Assembly: GCF_009914755.1 (NCBI RefSeq)
Contig: NC_060928.1
Length of the DNA stretch: 64,000 nt
Direction: 5' to 3' (one strand)
From: the human T2T-CHM13v2.0 reference genome, Homo sapiens
Shown: one piece after another, positions 1 through 14,489 of the stretch
How the letters are laid out: every line of letters starts with the position of its first letter
Numbering within the stretch: the first letter of the stretch is position 1
Notes under the pieces: generated by a model
Database searches by the model: none
Told to the model about the DNA's origin: nothing
Seen by the model: the letters and a program-made list of their open reading frames with translations, nothing else
Made by a program: the position numbers and the translations under genes

Positions 1-229
1 ATCTGACAGTATACAGTAGTTGATTAAACTAGCTTTGTTTGTTTTTTAAAAACCAGAACAGCATAGTATAGAATATAATAAAATGGAACAGACTAGTATG
101 GAACAGAGTAAGATGTATCAGAATACTCAGTAAGGTTAAGTATCACTTCATTAAGTAGTAATTTCTTATCATTTAATATCTATAATATACATGTATTATA
201 GAATCAACAAAGAGAGTGCCATTATTCTA

Positions 230-858
230 GGTTAGGGATTCTTAACCAAAAACCTATGATATGGGCTTTAGAGTTTTCATAAACCTCTTGAAATTGTACA
301 TATATTTGTGCTTATGTATGTTTTATATATGGATTTACAGACTATATATGTATATATACATATGTGTGCACCTATATATGTATATATAGTATGCATATAC
401 ATATATTTTATTTCTTTATACACACAGTCAAGTCACGTGCTGCATAACTGTGTTTCCAGCACCAATGAACCACATATATGACGGTAGTCCCAAAAGATTA
501 GAATCTTGTATTTACACTCTACCTTTTCTATGTTTAGTTATGCTTAAGTACACATATGGCCATTGTGTTTCAATTGCTTACAGTATTCAGTAATGTGCTG
601 TATGGGCATATAGCCTAGAAACAATAGGCTCTACCATATAGCCTTGGGGTGTAGTAGGCTATTATACCACCTAGGTTGATGTAAGTGCCCTCTATGATGT
701 CTGCACAACCATGAAGTGTCTAATGAGGCATTTCTCAGATCATATCCCTGTCACTAGATGACATATGACTGGAGATTGTTTTTAGGGACAGAATCGTAGC
801 TGCTATCAAGCTTTCAAACTGGGCTTGTAACCTCTAAGTTTAGGAACTTCAGTTCTAG
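230..858. mobile_element. Old hAT-Charlie (Charlie4z-like) relic interrupted by the Tigger3a and a TA-rich tract
   Basis: agggattcttaacc at the left end and ...aagtttaggaacttcag at the right end resemble Charlie4 termini; highly diverged. Confidence 0.4.
425..771 (+). mobile_element. Tigger3a/MER7-type non-autonomous DNA transposon
   Basis: Ends resemble the Tigger3 TIR (agtcacgtgctgcataac ... catatgactg); internal gcctagaaacaataggctctaccatatagcc motif is shared with the Tigger3 copy near 44370. Confidence 0.85.
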
Positions 859-1189
859 GAAAAGATATTCTCACTAGAGAAGTTCATGAATCAGGAATTC
901 CCAAAGTCAATTAGCATCCAGTGGAGTTTTCGGCTATTCTTCCATACCAGAGCGGGCCATATTCTGTTGGTTTATTTTTTGAGAATTGTTAATCTTAAAT
1001 AATAGATGAATTTGACCAGGTTATAAAAATCTCTTCATGTTAAGGTAATTCCTTCCTTGTCACTTAAAATTTACTCAATAAAAGTACTGGTTGGATATTT
1101 TTCATGTCCAGGCCATATCTCTGAACTTAAGAGACTTACAGATTAATAATGAACATTTGTTTATAAAGTCCTGGCTGCTAGGCATAGTT

Positions 1190-1400
1190 CTAGTAGATTT
1201 CACAAGGTTATTTTAGTACTTAACAAAAACCTTGAGGAAAAGGTATTATCATCCTCGTACAAGGAAACAGAAGCTTGGAGAGTTTCTGTTAGAGATAGAT
1301 ACATAAATTCACCAGCTTGGTAAGACACAAAGCTATAATTGGAACCTGTGTCTTCTAATGTGTTTTCCAGATGCATGTAAAATGAATGGATTTCTAAGAA
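1190..1400 (-). mobile_element. MIR fragment
   Basis: ggtattatcatcctcgtacaaggaaacagaagcttggagag is a MIR-core-like sequence. Confidence 0.6.
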
Positions 1401-1486
1401 GGTGAATCCTTTCATTATGTCTTTCATACTTATTTTACATTCTGTGTTTAGGTCGTTATTAGTACCATTGGATCAAATATGTCACT

Positions 1487-1596
1487 GAAAGTGATCTGTT
1501 AATTTGTTGTTCAAATTGGTACACATTAGAATGCGAAAAGGTGCTCTACTGGTAATTACTATAGTCTCAGGCAAATCAGAATAGATGGTTACCCCA
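1487..1596 (+). mobile_element. MER81 (hAT-Blackjack) MITE
   Basis: aaagtgatctgttaatttgttgttcaaattgg ... ggcaaatcagaatagatggttacccc resembles the MER81 layout with GGGTGACC-like TIRs. Confidence 0.55.
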
Positions 1597-3819
1597 AATG
1601 ACGCTAAAGAATCGTGTTGGTTTTCTTTAGGGCTTCTTAGTGGTCTAAGAACAGCAGATTTGTATTTGCTGTATAGTCTGGTTTTATCACATGAGCAATT
1701 CATTTGTATCGTATTCATCTGTGGATTGATTTGTGTAATTCTACCATAATTTTCCATTGGTCAAATATGTCCTTGTTTCACTATAGATTTCTTAGTTAAA
1801 TAAAGTTCAGAAATGATAAAAGAATTGAGCTACATATTTAAATGTCTGATTTTCTGATATATAGTCACCATATCCAGGAATTATTCCAACTTTCAGTATA
1901 GATGTTTTAACAATTATTGAACAAAAGTAATTAAAAATTATGTATAATTTTCATCATTGATTTTAAGGATATTATATATCACTATAATAGTAGAAATAAT
2001 TTTTTACTTGTAGTAAAAAGATGTAGTCTTGAATCTTGGCTATATAATTCAGTCTTTGAAACTTTGAACAGTAATTCATGTCTTTAAATAAGAGCTTTCT
2101 CATTTTTAAAAGGATATACAAGTTTCTGCTGTAACACCTCAGAGGAACACTGTAAATACTAAATAAGATAATATGTGAGTGCTTTGGAAATTGTAAAGAA
2201 CTTTAAAAAATGTATGTCTGTAGGTGTATATATTTACATATATACATTTTGATGTCTACATTCTCATCTACATTAAAGCTTAAATTATTTTGCTTTATAG
2301 ATTTTAGCTAATATTTTAAAACTTTAAATAACTATACATAAACAAAACCTTCTATAGCTTTAAAGTAATAATTTAAAACCCCACCAAGGAAAGTAATTTC
2401 TAATTTACTTCATGGAGCTGTTTCCTAAAAACGCCCTGAAGATGGCACAATAAGTACATTTTGGTGCAAATATTACTAAAGAAGTTGTAAGAAAAATATA
2501 TTTGAGGTTAAAACACTAAATTTAAAACAAGCCTTTTGTAAGTTTGTGGAAAAGAAATAGTTTCTGAGCCTTTTAACCAATGCCCATTGTTTTAATGTTA
2601 CAGAAGTCATTTGTTTCATTGCAGTTTAAGGAGCACTACAAACAGGTAGCTAGTCAGAAAACTGATATTGTCACATGTTACTGACAAGAGTCAGGTTAGT
2701 TCATGTTGCACAGTTTTATCAATAAATTTACCCTTGTAATTGTAAAACAGCTGATAAGCTCATCTGTTATCTTCTGCATAATGTACAATCTGTATCTAAA
2801 TGCCAGTTTTTATTAGGCATTATGGGGATAAGGACTAGCAGAGAGAAAAGTTGAAAAATATCTGTTTTATTAAAATATAAAATACAGTAGGCCCTATTTT
2901 TAGAAAAAATATTAGACAGTTATAATGATTTCTGTGGGGTTGTAATACTTACAAGTTTTAAAAATATACATCTATATTATAGGCCAACTATATATTTTAC
3001 GAAGATGAAGTAGAACTCACGAAATGACAGTTAGTAGAAATAAAGGTTCCTTTGGAAATACACAGGTGTGAAAATATTTATGCTCTATCTATTTGAGTAT
3101 CAGAGGTTACTGTTCTCAGCCATCTCTGTGACTTACTTGTTTCTCTATCACACACATATTAAATACTTATAATATGTATAATGTAGTCTCTACCTATTAA
3201 GGATTTAAAATCTAAATATGACCAATTATATATTCATATGCATACACATATAAATGTTACACATAAATTAATGTTATATATTGGTTGTAAATACATGTCC
3301 ATACACATTCACTTACTCACGTTAAATAAATACCTAGGTGAAAAATAGGTTTTGTAATTAAATTCATATCTAAATCCTCGAAGGAAAGTTTGTGTTTTTA
3401 TGGGTGTTGGCAAATTGTGTCTCACTGGAAGGGACTTCTTTAACTTACCTTTTGAGAACTGAACTTTAGTCCCAACAAAACTGATTTATTAGTGTTATAA
3501 CTCTTCTATAATTTGTGTAGCAGGTTTTCCGGTCTTCACTAGAAAAACTCATAAGGATACATTAAACAAAATGATTTATTATGGCATTCTTAGAGCACTG
3601 AGATACTAGAGGAGCATAAGAAATTTTGACAATTTGGAAGTTAATTACAATTTTTTTTCTGTGTCAATATCCCAAGGCCTGTTGATTTTTTTTCAGGATC
3701 AAAAGCAATATGATTTTTGGCTATTAGTAAATCACGGAAATGTCAATATAGTCTTTTCAATTTAGATGGATTGCTAAAAATTAAAATGATATGAAGTTAT
3801 AGCATTTGGGACTTCATCA

Positions 3820-4144
<325 letters not shown>

Positions 4145-6479
4145 AGAACTGAAAGTCTTATCATTTGTTTTGAGCTTTTCTTCTTGTGTTTCTTTTTGAA
4201 TGAAATATCTGCTTATTTAAAATATTTTAGTAGACCTTTTATGTTCAAAATCTTTAGGTAGGGAAAATGGGAGTATATATTTAGAAAATTATAGATTGTG
4301 ATGCTTACAAAAAAGTCATCATAAGTTATCAAAAGAATAATGGATGGTTCAAAAATGTCTAAATGCTTATGAAGCTGATTGTCAATGATGTGTTATTTGG
4401 AACCGTATGGGTCAATTTGACAATGTGTACTTAAGGATGTCAGGCGACATGTTGCTGAACTGACTGCACTGCCTCTTTTAAAAATGTTTTAAAAACTGGC
4501 CGTATATACATTTATCTATGTGGTCTTTGTTAGTATATTTTTCACTGTTTTAAAAATATTTTTAAAAACAATTTAAAAAATCTTAAAGAAATGAACAAAA
4601 TGGATGAACACACTAAACAAGCAAACAACGAAAAAGCAGAGAGAGAGGAAAAAAAAGCTCTTACCTTGCAACATGCTATTTTGAACTTAATCTGACAGAA
4701 TCGCAGTCAGTCCATTGTTTGAAGGTTCTCAAAAGAATGTGAGATCTTATTTGATTGAAAGAAAACATGGCTTTCAGTCATAATTTTCACATTTCACTGG
4801 ACTTACTTTATTTTCATTGTAGAGTGGTATTTCATGACCTTGGCAAGGTTATAAAACCATTCTGCATTGATGTAGCATATCCTATAGATGTTAGAATGAC
4901 CTGGTTAGTATACCATCTCTTTCAAAGTAGTCCCAAATGATTATTAAATACATAATAATATATTGAATACTTTCTGAGATCCATAGTTTAGCATCCAGTG
5001 TCTCTAAGGACTGTTACATGTTAATCCAAGGAAGAAAACGGTATAATCTATATTATGATGAAAAAATCAATAAATGTGAATGAACAACATTGATTGATTT
5101 ATAGACATAATGAAAAGTAGTGAAAATAGCTGAGAGAGTGATAATTTGCTGCTATGATATTTCATTGTAATTAATTAGTTGTTCATATTTTCTTAGTTGA
5201 AGAGATTTTGAAATTTGACTTTCCATATATTACCTGGGAGATGGCATTAAATGAAATAAAGCCTATTGTTATTATTCCCAATTAATAAAATCTTGTGTAT
5301 TTGTTGATAGCATGCTTTTGTAAAACAACTTTTTTGGTGGCCACACAAGAACACACATAACAATGTTGTAGGCATTTGAAAAAGGAGCATAGTAAGCTTG
5401 AAGGGAGTGTTAAAAAATGGACTATTTTACCTTCATTTGCTTCACTTAATTGTTCTAAAATGTTAATAAAGAAAGTTGTTATTATATTTTTAAACTTTTT
5501 GTATTGGTTTCTTTGTTCTGTCTTATTGGGAGTATAGTTTTACTTATCTTTCTCTATAAAAATAGCAATCTGCAAATAGATATGTTTTAAAATGTCTATA
5601 GCCACCTATCAATTAAAGAGTATGTCATCTTCTGTTCCAAAAGACTCTAAAATAGAAGTCATTATAATGATTTAGATGTGACATTGTGTGAGTAGAAGGC
5701 TCTGTGAATGATCTCTAAATACTTCTTAGGGCATTAAGATTGTGAGACTTTCTGAATGAAGTTTGGGTGTTCCCCAAGCAACCATTAGTCATGGTAAGTT
5801 ATTCATGTACATGATCTCCTTATCTTGTCTAAATAATCATTGTTAGCACATGACCTTTAGCAACATTCATGTTATGCTCACTGACAGAATGTAAAGGGAC
5901 TCTACATTTGGCATGCTTAGTAAATGGCTTCAGGTTTTGGTTGCACTGATGTCTTTCTTTGTGAAGACTCTAGAACACCTTTGACTTCCTTTAGTAACAC
6001 TTATTTGTCAGAGAATATTTAGGGACTTCAATGAGACACTCACAAAAGACAGTTCCTACCACAGTGGGTTCATCACCACCACCACCCTACTACTGTAGTG
6101 TTTTGGGTGTTTGTTGGCCACTGTGGTGCTGGGGCCCTCACTATGTCTTTGCTCCCTCCACCTCTCCTGCCCGTTGCTCCAACTCACCTTTCAGACTGAT
6201 GCCAGACAAATCTTCCTCAAACACTGCTCCTATCGTGACCTATGTGAGTGAGGGTTTTGTGGATTATTTTTTCTTTGGCCCAACCGTGAAAATAATTTAA
6301 CCTAATCTATTTTCCTTTTTGTTTTAAGTAAGAAAATGAAGAGTGAAATTCGGCATAGCCAAGTAATCAGCATCCAGCTGTTTCAAGTAGTGTGTAGCCC
6401 ACCATCTCTTCCTCCTGTTTAATTAAATTCATTAAGTCCATTAAATTCGTCAAGCAGACAATGCTTGGTTTTATTCCCT

Positions 6480-7060
6480 GATGCCTAATTTTGCATCATA
6501 TTGTACTGTGTATACCACTTCATGTCCTCGTGGAGATAAGTGCAGTATAATTCTTAAACAAGAAATCTCAGGCTTTTGCTCAAGAACTTCAAATGTTTCC
6601 CAGTTTTCTACTGTGTCAGTTCTAAGTTCTGCTATGTGGTTTACAAGATTCTCTGCTCCATGTATTTATTTTCCACGAATTCTCAAAATGTACTCTCTGT
6701 CTAATTAGGCCTATTAAGTTTCTCTGAAGCTGTCATAGCCCTTCTCGCCTTTGCTTTCCCTGGAGCCCATCATCTTGCCTCTAATGTACTCTCTTTTCCC
6801 CACTCCTATGTCAATCTCACCATTCTGTCCTTGAGAGACTAACTCACACAACTTTTTTATGAAGCCCACTGTAATTATTCATGGATCTCCTTCTTTAATA
6901 GTAAATGTTTCTGTTTCTGTGCTGCAAAAAAAATCATTCTTAAATCTTGATACATTTTGCATTGACTCCTTAACTATATTATACATTTTAGGATTTTCGT
7001 GGGTAGGAATTATGTCTTAAACTTTTTATGTTTCACAAAATCTCGAATATAAGATTGAGG
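6480..7060 (+). mobile_element. L2 fragment
   Basis: Pyrimidine-rich, diverged sequence resembling the L2 3' region. Confidence 0.4.
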
Positions 7061-7125
7061 ACTCATCTAGTAAGCATTTTGTGGCAGAGATCTAACCTCT
7101 TTTAATTCTTCTACATATTACAGAT

Positions 7126-7461
7126 TTTTAAATTGCATAGGCTTTAGTTGAGATACGTGGCAGAAACCAATGTTTCCTTCTATTTCTCTGCATTCTCTAG
7201 CCTTCCATCTTGTTCTGATTAATGAACTATGAGCAGAAATGACATCAATTCCAGAAGAAGTAGAAGCCAGCAGGTGTGTCTCCACCATCACTGTCTTCTG
7301 TGACTTGGGAGGCCTATGTTCCTGATGGCAGAGTAGCAACATGAAACAGGATTTGTATCAGATTTCAGGTGGACCAGAAATACATCTATGTTGTTTTAAG
7401 CCATGGAAACTTTGAAGTCTGTCTCTTGCAGAAGCTAAATTTAATTATCCTCAGGAGTATA
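7126..7461 (+). mobile_element. MLT1 (ERVL-MaLR) LTR fragment
   Basis: gagcagaaatgacatca internal motif and ttttaagccatgg...tatcctcaggagtata 3' end typical of old MLT1. Confidence 0.6.
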
Positions 7462-8329
7462 AGATTCAAATGGTGGTATACATGTTTTGTGGAATCTTCA
7501 CGTATATGTATATTTGTTTTATAGAATCTTCACATATATGCATATTCAATTTTATATACATGTATGTTTTATAGAATCTTCAAACATTAATTCAGATATT
7601 TGTATTCTCTAGAACTCCAGAGTTCTGCAACCTCCCTAAGAATCTCTTTAAAGTAAATTAACGTCATTCATATCTACAGCAAACAAAGTCACCTATATAA
7701 TGGTTTTCTCAGTTATAGCAAATGTTGGCTTTGACTGCATTTTGACATTAAACATTGTTGATGCCATTTCTGAATCTACTGCATAGTTGTAATCTTAGTT
7801 GGAAATACTGTTGGTTACTGGTTGGTCAAGGAGATGAACCCCGGAGTTTGAGACTTTATTCAGAGTTCTTCTTTTGGACTTGAAAAAAAATCTGCTAAGA
7901 GAACTTGTCCCATTTTAGGTTATGCTGAAGCATGACAAGATGTACAGAAATATTCTGAATTCTAAAGGAAGCCCAATATTATGTAATCTCAATTTGTAGT
8001 ATAATGAAAAAAGTGTGAATGAGAAAGTCAAGGAGTAAAGGTGAATTTGATATTCCATAACTTCAGTTTTACTTCTGCTATATATTTCTTTATTAATAGT
8101 AATAGAGCACATCACCAGTCATTTGATAAGGAGTGATTAAAAAAATCCGTTACCGAGAAAAGCTATCCTTTTGAAGTTCTCTCATTTTAAAAAACACAGT
8201 TTTAAGTATCAGATTTTTTCTTTCTAAGTTTTAATGTTAACCATGAGCTCATGCTGTCATAGTGGCTTAATAAGAATTACTACTACATATAATGTGAACA
8301 AAAACCTTCATGTTTATTTTGATATTCAA

Positions 8330-8880
8330 AATGCAAAGTTGGACCAAGATAAAACAGTTAGTTATCCAGCTAATAAAGATATAGGTATGATAAGAGATAC
8401 TTAGACAATGAAACCTCTCATATACTATTGGTAAGAATGTATTCTTCCTGGAAAGCAGTTTGAAAATGCATACGAAAATCTCTAAAAATGTATTCTTTCC
8501 CCCATAATCCTAGTTCTCAAAATCTATGCTAAAAGATAATCACAGATATTATAAATGTGTGTATATTAATTTTTCATAGTTCTTAAAAAACTATAAATCA
8601 CTAAACGCCAAAACAAAGGTCACGATTAAATATACTTTGGTACATTTTGATGATGGCATATTTTGCAGTTGCTAATAAACAATTTTTAAAGATAACTTAA
8701 AATATTTAATGGTATGTGAAAATGTTTGCAATATTAAGTTGAAAACCGGGTATCAAACTACATATTCGATGACTCCAATTTAATAAAATTTATGTAGCTA
8801 CTTTGAAAAAACAATGAACAGAAATACACAGAAATATTAACATCAATTGATGTTGGTAGTGTTTTTTGCTTTATAAATTT
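8330..8880 (+). mobile_element. Old L1M (L1ME-like) 3' fragment
   Basis: ctctcatatactattggtaagaatgta...ctggaaagcagtttg resembles the L1 ORF2 end and 3'UTR. Confidence 0.6.
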
Positions 8881-11076
8881 ATACATATAGAAATGAAGAA
8901 TATAGACAGACTTATAGAAACTACTAAATTATTAAGATAAGCATCTGTTGCCTTGATTAATGGAAATCACCAAATTCTGCGCCAGCTGTATGGAGTGTGT
9001 TGTAGGCCTGTCATCTTTCTGTTCATGCGGTTGCTATTACCTCAGAACAAATGAACAACAACAACAAAACTTTTCATCTTCTCAGACTACCTTACTTCAT
9101 CTTAGCCACCAAGGACAGTGGAGGTGCCAGCCTCTGTGACAAGCCCTCCCTGCCCCACTTCAGATTGGGTTGTGTATTCTTCCTCGTTACTCCCACTGTG
9201 TCCAGCATATTCCCTTACAACGGTAATAAAATGGGATTGATTGCTTGGCTGCGTTCGCCACTGGATTGTAGCTCTGCAGATCTTTGAGGTCTGGAATATC
9301 TTTTCCACGTTCTTAGCATTATAGCACAATGACAGGCACACAAATGGCAGTCAATAAATGTTTGTAGACTGAACCATGTTTAAATGACTTACGGCAGTGT
9401 GTAATGCAGAGTGAAGTGCTGTCTTGAGGCAGGTTCCATTAAACTCCTGATTTGATTTTGCTCTGGAAATTTCCGGAATCTAAGTAGTCTGAGAGTCCTA
9501 TATATAAAAAAATATACACATCAACTTTTGCTATTCAAAGATGATTTAGATAATTATAAAAACAATACATTAAAGTAATGTTGTTTTATATTTCAGGAAT
9601 ATTTTTCATTGATATATGAGAGTTTCTGATTAATCTGAATAACTAAATTTAAGCTTTCAAAGCCAGGATGTTAATGGTAGTCTTTAACAAATTGTACCCC
9701 CTTTTTAGACTCTGTTATAAATTATAAAGTGCACTGGTACTAAACTTCCCAACTCAAATCACAGTGATGTTTCATAAATTTATTTGATAAGGTTATTCAT
9801 TAATTTGTGTGAGAAAGACAGTTGTCATGGTAATAGCTTAAAATGAACCGAAACACAATCCTGGTCATGTTTGCTAAAGCAGGTGAATCTGCTCTATTGT
9901 GTTGCATTTTTCTAATTTAAACATAACTGAAGCAAAATACAAAGGGAATTTAAAATGAACATTTAGGGGTGTTTTTGCTATATATATATATAAAATAAAG
10001 TTTCAAAAATCCCCGAATTTGGAGAGTCTGTTCTATTGGCATACTCGATATTCGCATTCCTGAGTTTTCCATAAAATGCAGATTTTATTCAGAATGATTC
10101 AGATCAATGCAACTGGACTTTCGTCTGATTTTCAGAGAATGAGTTAATAAAATGGCTGAGATGTGTCTGGAGAAGAAGGCAAACAGATAAGATTATTTCT
10201 GTGTACAAACATGTTATCTTTGATTCCCTACCCAAGCTATTTGGTTTATCATAACTTGCCATGATGATAATTAGGTGACAGAATAAATGAATGTGCTTTC
10301 ATGGAAGAATGGCAGATGCAAAAAATAATAAAAAAGGCAATACCTGAGCTTGAGTAATTTTATTATTGTGCATTCAGAGAGTTTTGAAATCTATGGAATT
10401 CCTGCTGGGAAACAAATTTTCCTCACTGAATGGATCATTAAAAAGTCCATTTACTATAACAAAATGCATGTTCTGAATGTGTATACATTTGAATTTGCAG
10501 ATTTTTTTCCCTTCAAGTATAGATGCTTGAATTTCATTGATATAATTTAAAAAGAGTGAAACAAATTTCTTAATACTAAGTAGTTTTATTTTTTTGTAAA
10601 TGTTGCTATGTTCAAATAGCATTTGGCAAAAATCATTGCTTATAGCATTCTGCGTAAGGAAAATAAAATGTAGTTGTCTCTCAAATTGTAAGTTATACCT
10701 TATTGTTTACTTGAAAGTTTAGTGCTGTATTTTAAATAAAATATATTCAATGTCTTAGAGTAGCAGTCATCTCTGCATTTTAGAGCCAAAATCTCAAAAC
10801 AAATCAGGCGTATGTGTGTAAAATATGTGCATATTTTTAACTGCTGCATAAAACACAAATATACATAACATTTTTACATAATCCCAGCCTCTTAACAAAT
10901 GTTACAGTAAGATACCAATTGGTGAGGTTCAAAAAATTAAGATGTGGATGAAAAATAAAATTCTGCCTCTCAAAAATTGCCTGGAATGCCACTTACATTT
11001 TAATTCCAAGAAAACTCAAATATCAATAAGATAATCTTTTTGGATGTTTCACTCATAATGTAAGATATTCAGGTAG

Positions 11077-11191
11077 TTTTTAATTTGTTTAAATTTTAGG
11101 TTTGGGGGTACATGTGAAGGTTTGTTGCACAGGTAAACACGTGTCTTGGGGCTTTGTTGTACATTACATCACCCAGGTATTAAGCCCAGTA
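11077..11191 (-). mobile_element. Short L1PA/PB 3'-end fragment
   Basis: gggggtacatgtgaaggtttgttgcacaggtaaacacgtgtc...cacccaggtattaagcc matches the antisense of an old L1PA 3' end. Confidence 0.8.
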
Positions 11192-13428
11192 AAATCCCAA
11201 CAAATTCACATATCATCTTATCCATGTGACAGTAAATATCCAAATAAACAATTAAAATTGAGTACTAAATTTTTATAACTTACTCTGTGCGATATTAAAT
11301 GAGAAAATATTTAGTTACATCCAGGTAATTGACTCAGTTCCTTGTGTCTGGTATGTAACTGTTAAAATTGAAATACAGATAAAGTAGATTATTTAATTTT
11401 TGAATTGTGTAAATGTCTGTGTGTACCAAATGAGGAGAAAAGTCACAAAACCCAATTCCCAAATCCTAGGTATTGCATATGAGATGCAGGTTTTAGTTAT
11501 GCAACAACAATAATGATTTCTCTGAACAGTACAATCTTTAAAAATAACTTTCGGAGTGCTGATTTTCATAATTACAAATAAGTGCAATTTAGCTAGTAAT
11601 TAAAATGAAAATGTTAACAAAGGCTCTGCATTGATGCCTCATTTGCAAGTACAGGCAAATGTTCTGAGGCGATCTGTCTCCATGCTTAATTCTTACTTGA
11701 AAATTTCCCCGAAGATATTCCTTGCCTTACAAAGTGAAGTGAATTGTTTGAAAAAATATTAAAGAGTAATTTTCTATATCATTCTTTAAAAAACTATAAT
11801 TATTCACAATATCTTAGGGTATAAGTAACAGCATAATAAACCTATTCTGGCAACATTACCCCCTCATCCTTACCAATTCATGTACTCAGATCCACTTTAT
11901 ATGTCTATTCCAGAAAATTTCAAGATGTAGTAATCACTAACAGTAATGTTATCCTTTTCAGACGGTAAAAATTTTAACTTTTTTGAATAATTGGAACAAA
12001 TGACTTCTTTTAGCCAAGTACACATTTTAATGACCATACATTTTCTTGTTAGCAGACCTGTATATTAGGCATATTTACTACTATACTTTGATTTACCTTG
12101 AGATCAAGCTTTGTTCCATTGTCTAAATTTAATAGGTTCAAACATTTTCTTTACAAAAGAAAATGTATTACTATTTTATGAAGAATGTAACCTATGATTT
12201 TTCTAATGTTTCTAGTGAATTTTCTTCTGGCTTAAATAATATCTATTAAAATAAAGCAAGTTAAATTAACTTTGCAATATGATTTCTAGTTCTTTTCTCT
12301 AGAGCCATTACAAATGACTTTTACTACAGTTCTATATCATTTATAGTATATCCTGATACATTAAATTTATAGAAAATGTACTCAAATTGATATCTTTTAA
12401 AAAATTTTCACTAAAGGGTGTATTCATACAAAATAGAATATGAATTCCACAATATGACTTGTTTTATATTAAAAAATTATTATTTTTAAAAATGTGTTTT
12501 GCATTATTTACATCTGGTGAAATTAAAATATGAAAGAAATACGTATCCATGGTTCTTTGGAAAGTGTAGTAAATTTGAGGTCTATGTATGCTTTATTTTA
12601 ATGTGAACACAGAAAACCATAGAGGTGATTATTTTTTCCCTTTGGAGATAAAGCAGTTGGGTAATGGATAGCAAGCCACCTGTCTTCTGCTCGGAGAATG
12701 TACTCTTGTTGCTCTGGGTTCAGAGAGAATCCCTCCTGGTACCCATTGCCATGTCCTATATTGTAAGTTAATAAAGTTACAGTCTAATGGTCTTTTTGAG
12801 TAAAGTACACTTCTGAGTCTCTTTTTGCCCAAAGGGTCTGCACTATTAGTAGAGTCATTCCCAGTGCTCCTTTGATATTTTGCTTTTCTGTCCTTTCTTG
12901 TGAATGAATTAGTAAGAACAGTGATATTAACTATTCACTTGCAGTGTTGGTTCCATTGCATTAAGTGGCCAAACATAATTAATTCCTAAAATCTAGTCAT
13001 TTCCTCTGTCACGTTTATTAAGTCTGCAAAAGCAAAACAAAAACCCCATTTTATTAATACAGAAGTATTTTTTATTTGTTTTGGAGGTTTACTCAGTTTC
13101 ATCTTTTTCTTTAGCATGCTTTTCTTGTGTAATAAACATTTATTCTCACAGCAACATATTCATTTCAATTATGCTATCAGTTAAATAATTTATTGAATTT
13201 GTGTGATCATTTTCCTCCCTCATTTATCTAAATTTGTTAGCGCCTCACGGTTTATGAAGGGTCATAAATAGTTTACTGGATTTATCTTTTCCAATTTTAA
13301 TCTAATTCTTATTTACCCATGACTGCTGAAGTTATCCAACTATTGTTACTGAGATGATGTTGGGAAATGACAAAGAAAGTATAATTTGATGTACAATTTT
13401 GTACAATCTGTATTTTCTTATGCTCCTT

Positions 13429-13740
13429 CTGTTTTTGTTGTTTTGTTTGGCATTTTTCGAGACAGAGTCTCACTCTGTCACCCAGGCTGGAGTGCAGTGG
13501 CGTGATCTTGACTCACTGAAACCTCCGCCTCCCACGTTCAGGTGATCCTACTGCCTCAGCCTCCCGAGTAGCTGGGATTACAGACATGTGCCACCACCCC
13601 TGGCTAATTTTTGTATTTGCAGTACAGATGGGGTTTCACCATGTTGGCTAGGCTGGTCTTGAACTCCTGACCTCAAGTGATCTGCCTGCCTTGACCTCCC
13701 AAAGTGCTGGGATTACAGGCGTGAGCCACTGCATGTGGCC
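13429..13740 (-). mobile_element. AluS
   Basis: Antisense full Alu; TSD tcttatgctcctt / tcttatgttcctt. Confidence 0.96.
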
Positions 13741-14489
13741 TCTTATGTTCCTTTTTAAAAGGCATTGAAAAAATGTGAACATTTGATAGTATCCTGTTGA
13801 TTTTATGAATGTATCTTACTCTTAAAATTTTTTTTCTTTAAGATATATCTGTAAATGTTAAGTAGTATTCATATTTTATTAACTGGCTATTTTAAAATTG
13901 AACTTTCTTCCCATTTGGTATATAACTAGCATTTTTCCACTTTGTTTTCAGAACCTGTTTCATATTTATATTCCATGCACTCTGTTCCTCTAGGGTATTA
14001 GGTATCTTCATGTTAGAATGTAGGAATTTGCTAGGGAATATTTATTTATTAATTGTGTCCTATATGTTCAACATTGGAAAGTCACTTGGTGATCATCCAT
14101 GAAAAGTCCTCTTGTTTTCTTTCCAGCTATTACACATTTTATCTATCTAGTCCCCACTAATACAGATCCATTATTTCTTTTCCATATAATTTTCCTTGTT
14201 TGCCCCAAGTTATCTTCTCCATTGTAAGATCTCATCTGGATTAATTTTGAAGATTGGTAGAAAGTCCTTTCTGATACGTTTTCCATCTACTCTCATCCTG
14301 CTAGGCTCTCAGATGCTTACAGTTCCATTATTATTATTGTGTAAGTTAAACACTATTTTGAGTTATTGCTCTCAGTGATCACATAATGAATTATTATCTA
14401 AATTTTCTTGCCTTAAAATTTTAAGGGCCACATTATGGAACTGCTGGCCCATATTAAAAATGTGAACTCTGTCTAAAGAACCTTTTACT

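Noticed and set aside
425-771. Similarity to ~44250-44525 as a segmental duplication
   Set aside because: Both are independent Tigger3-family copies
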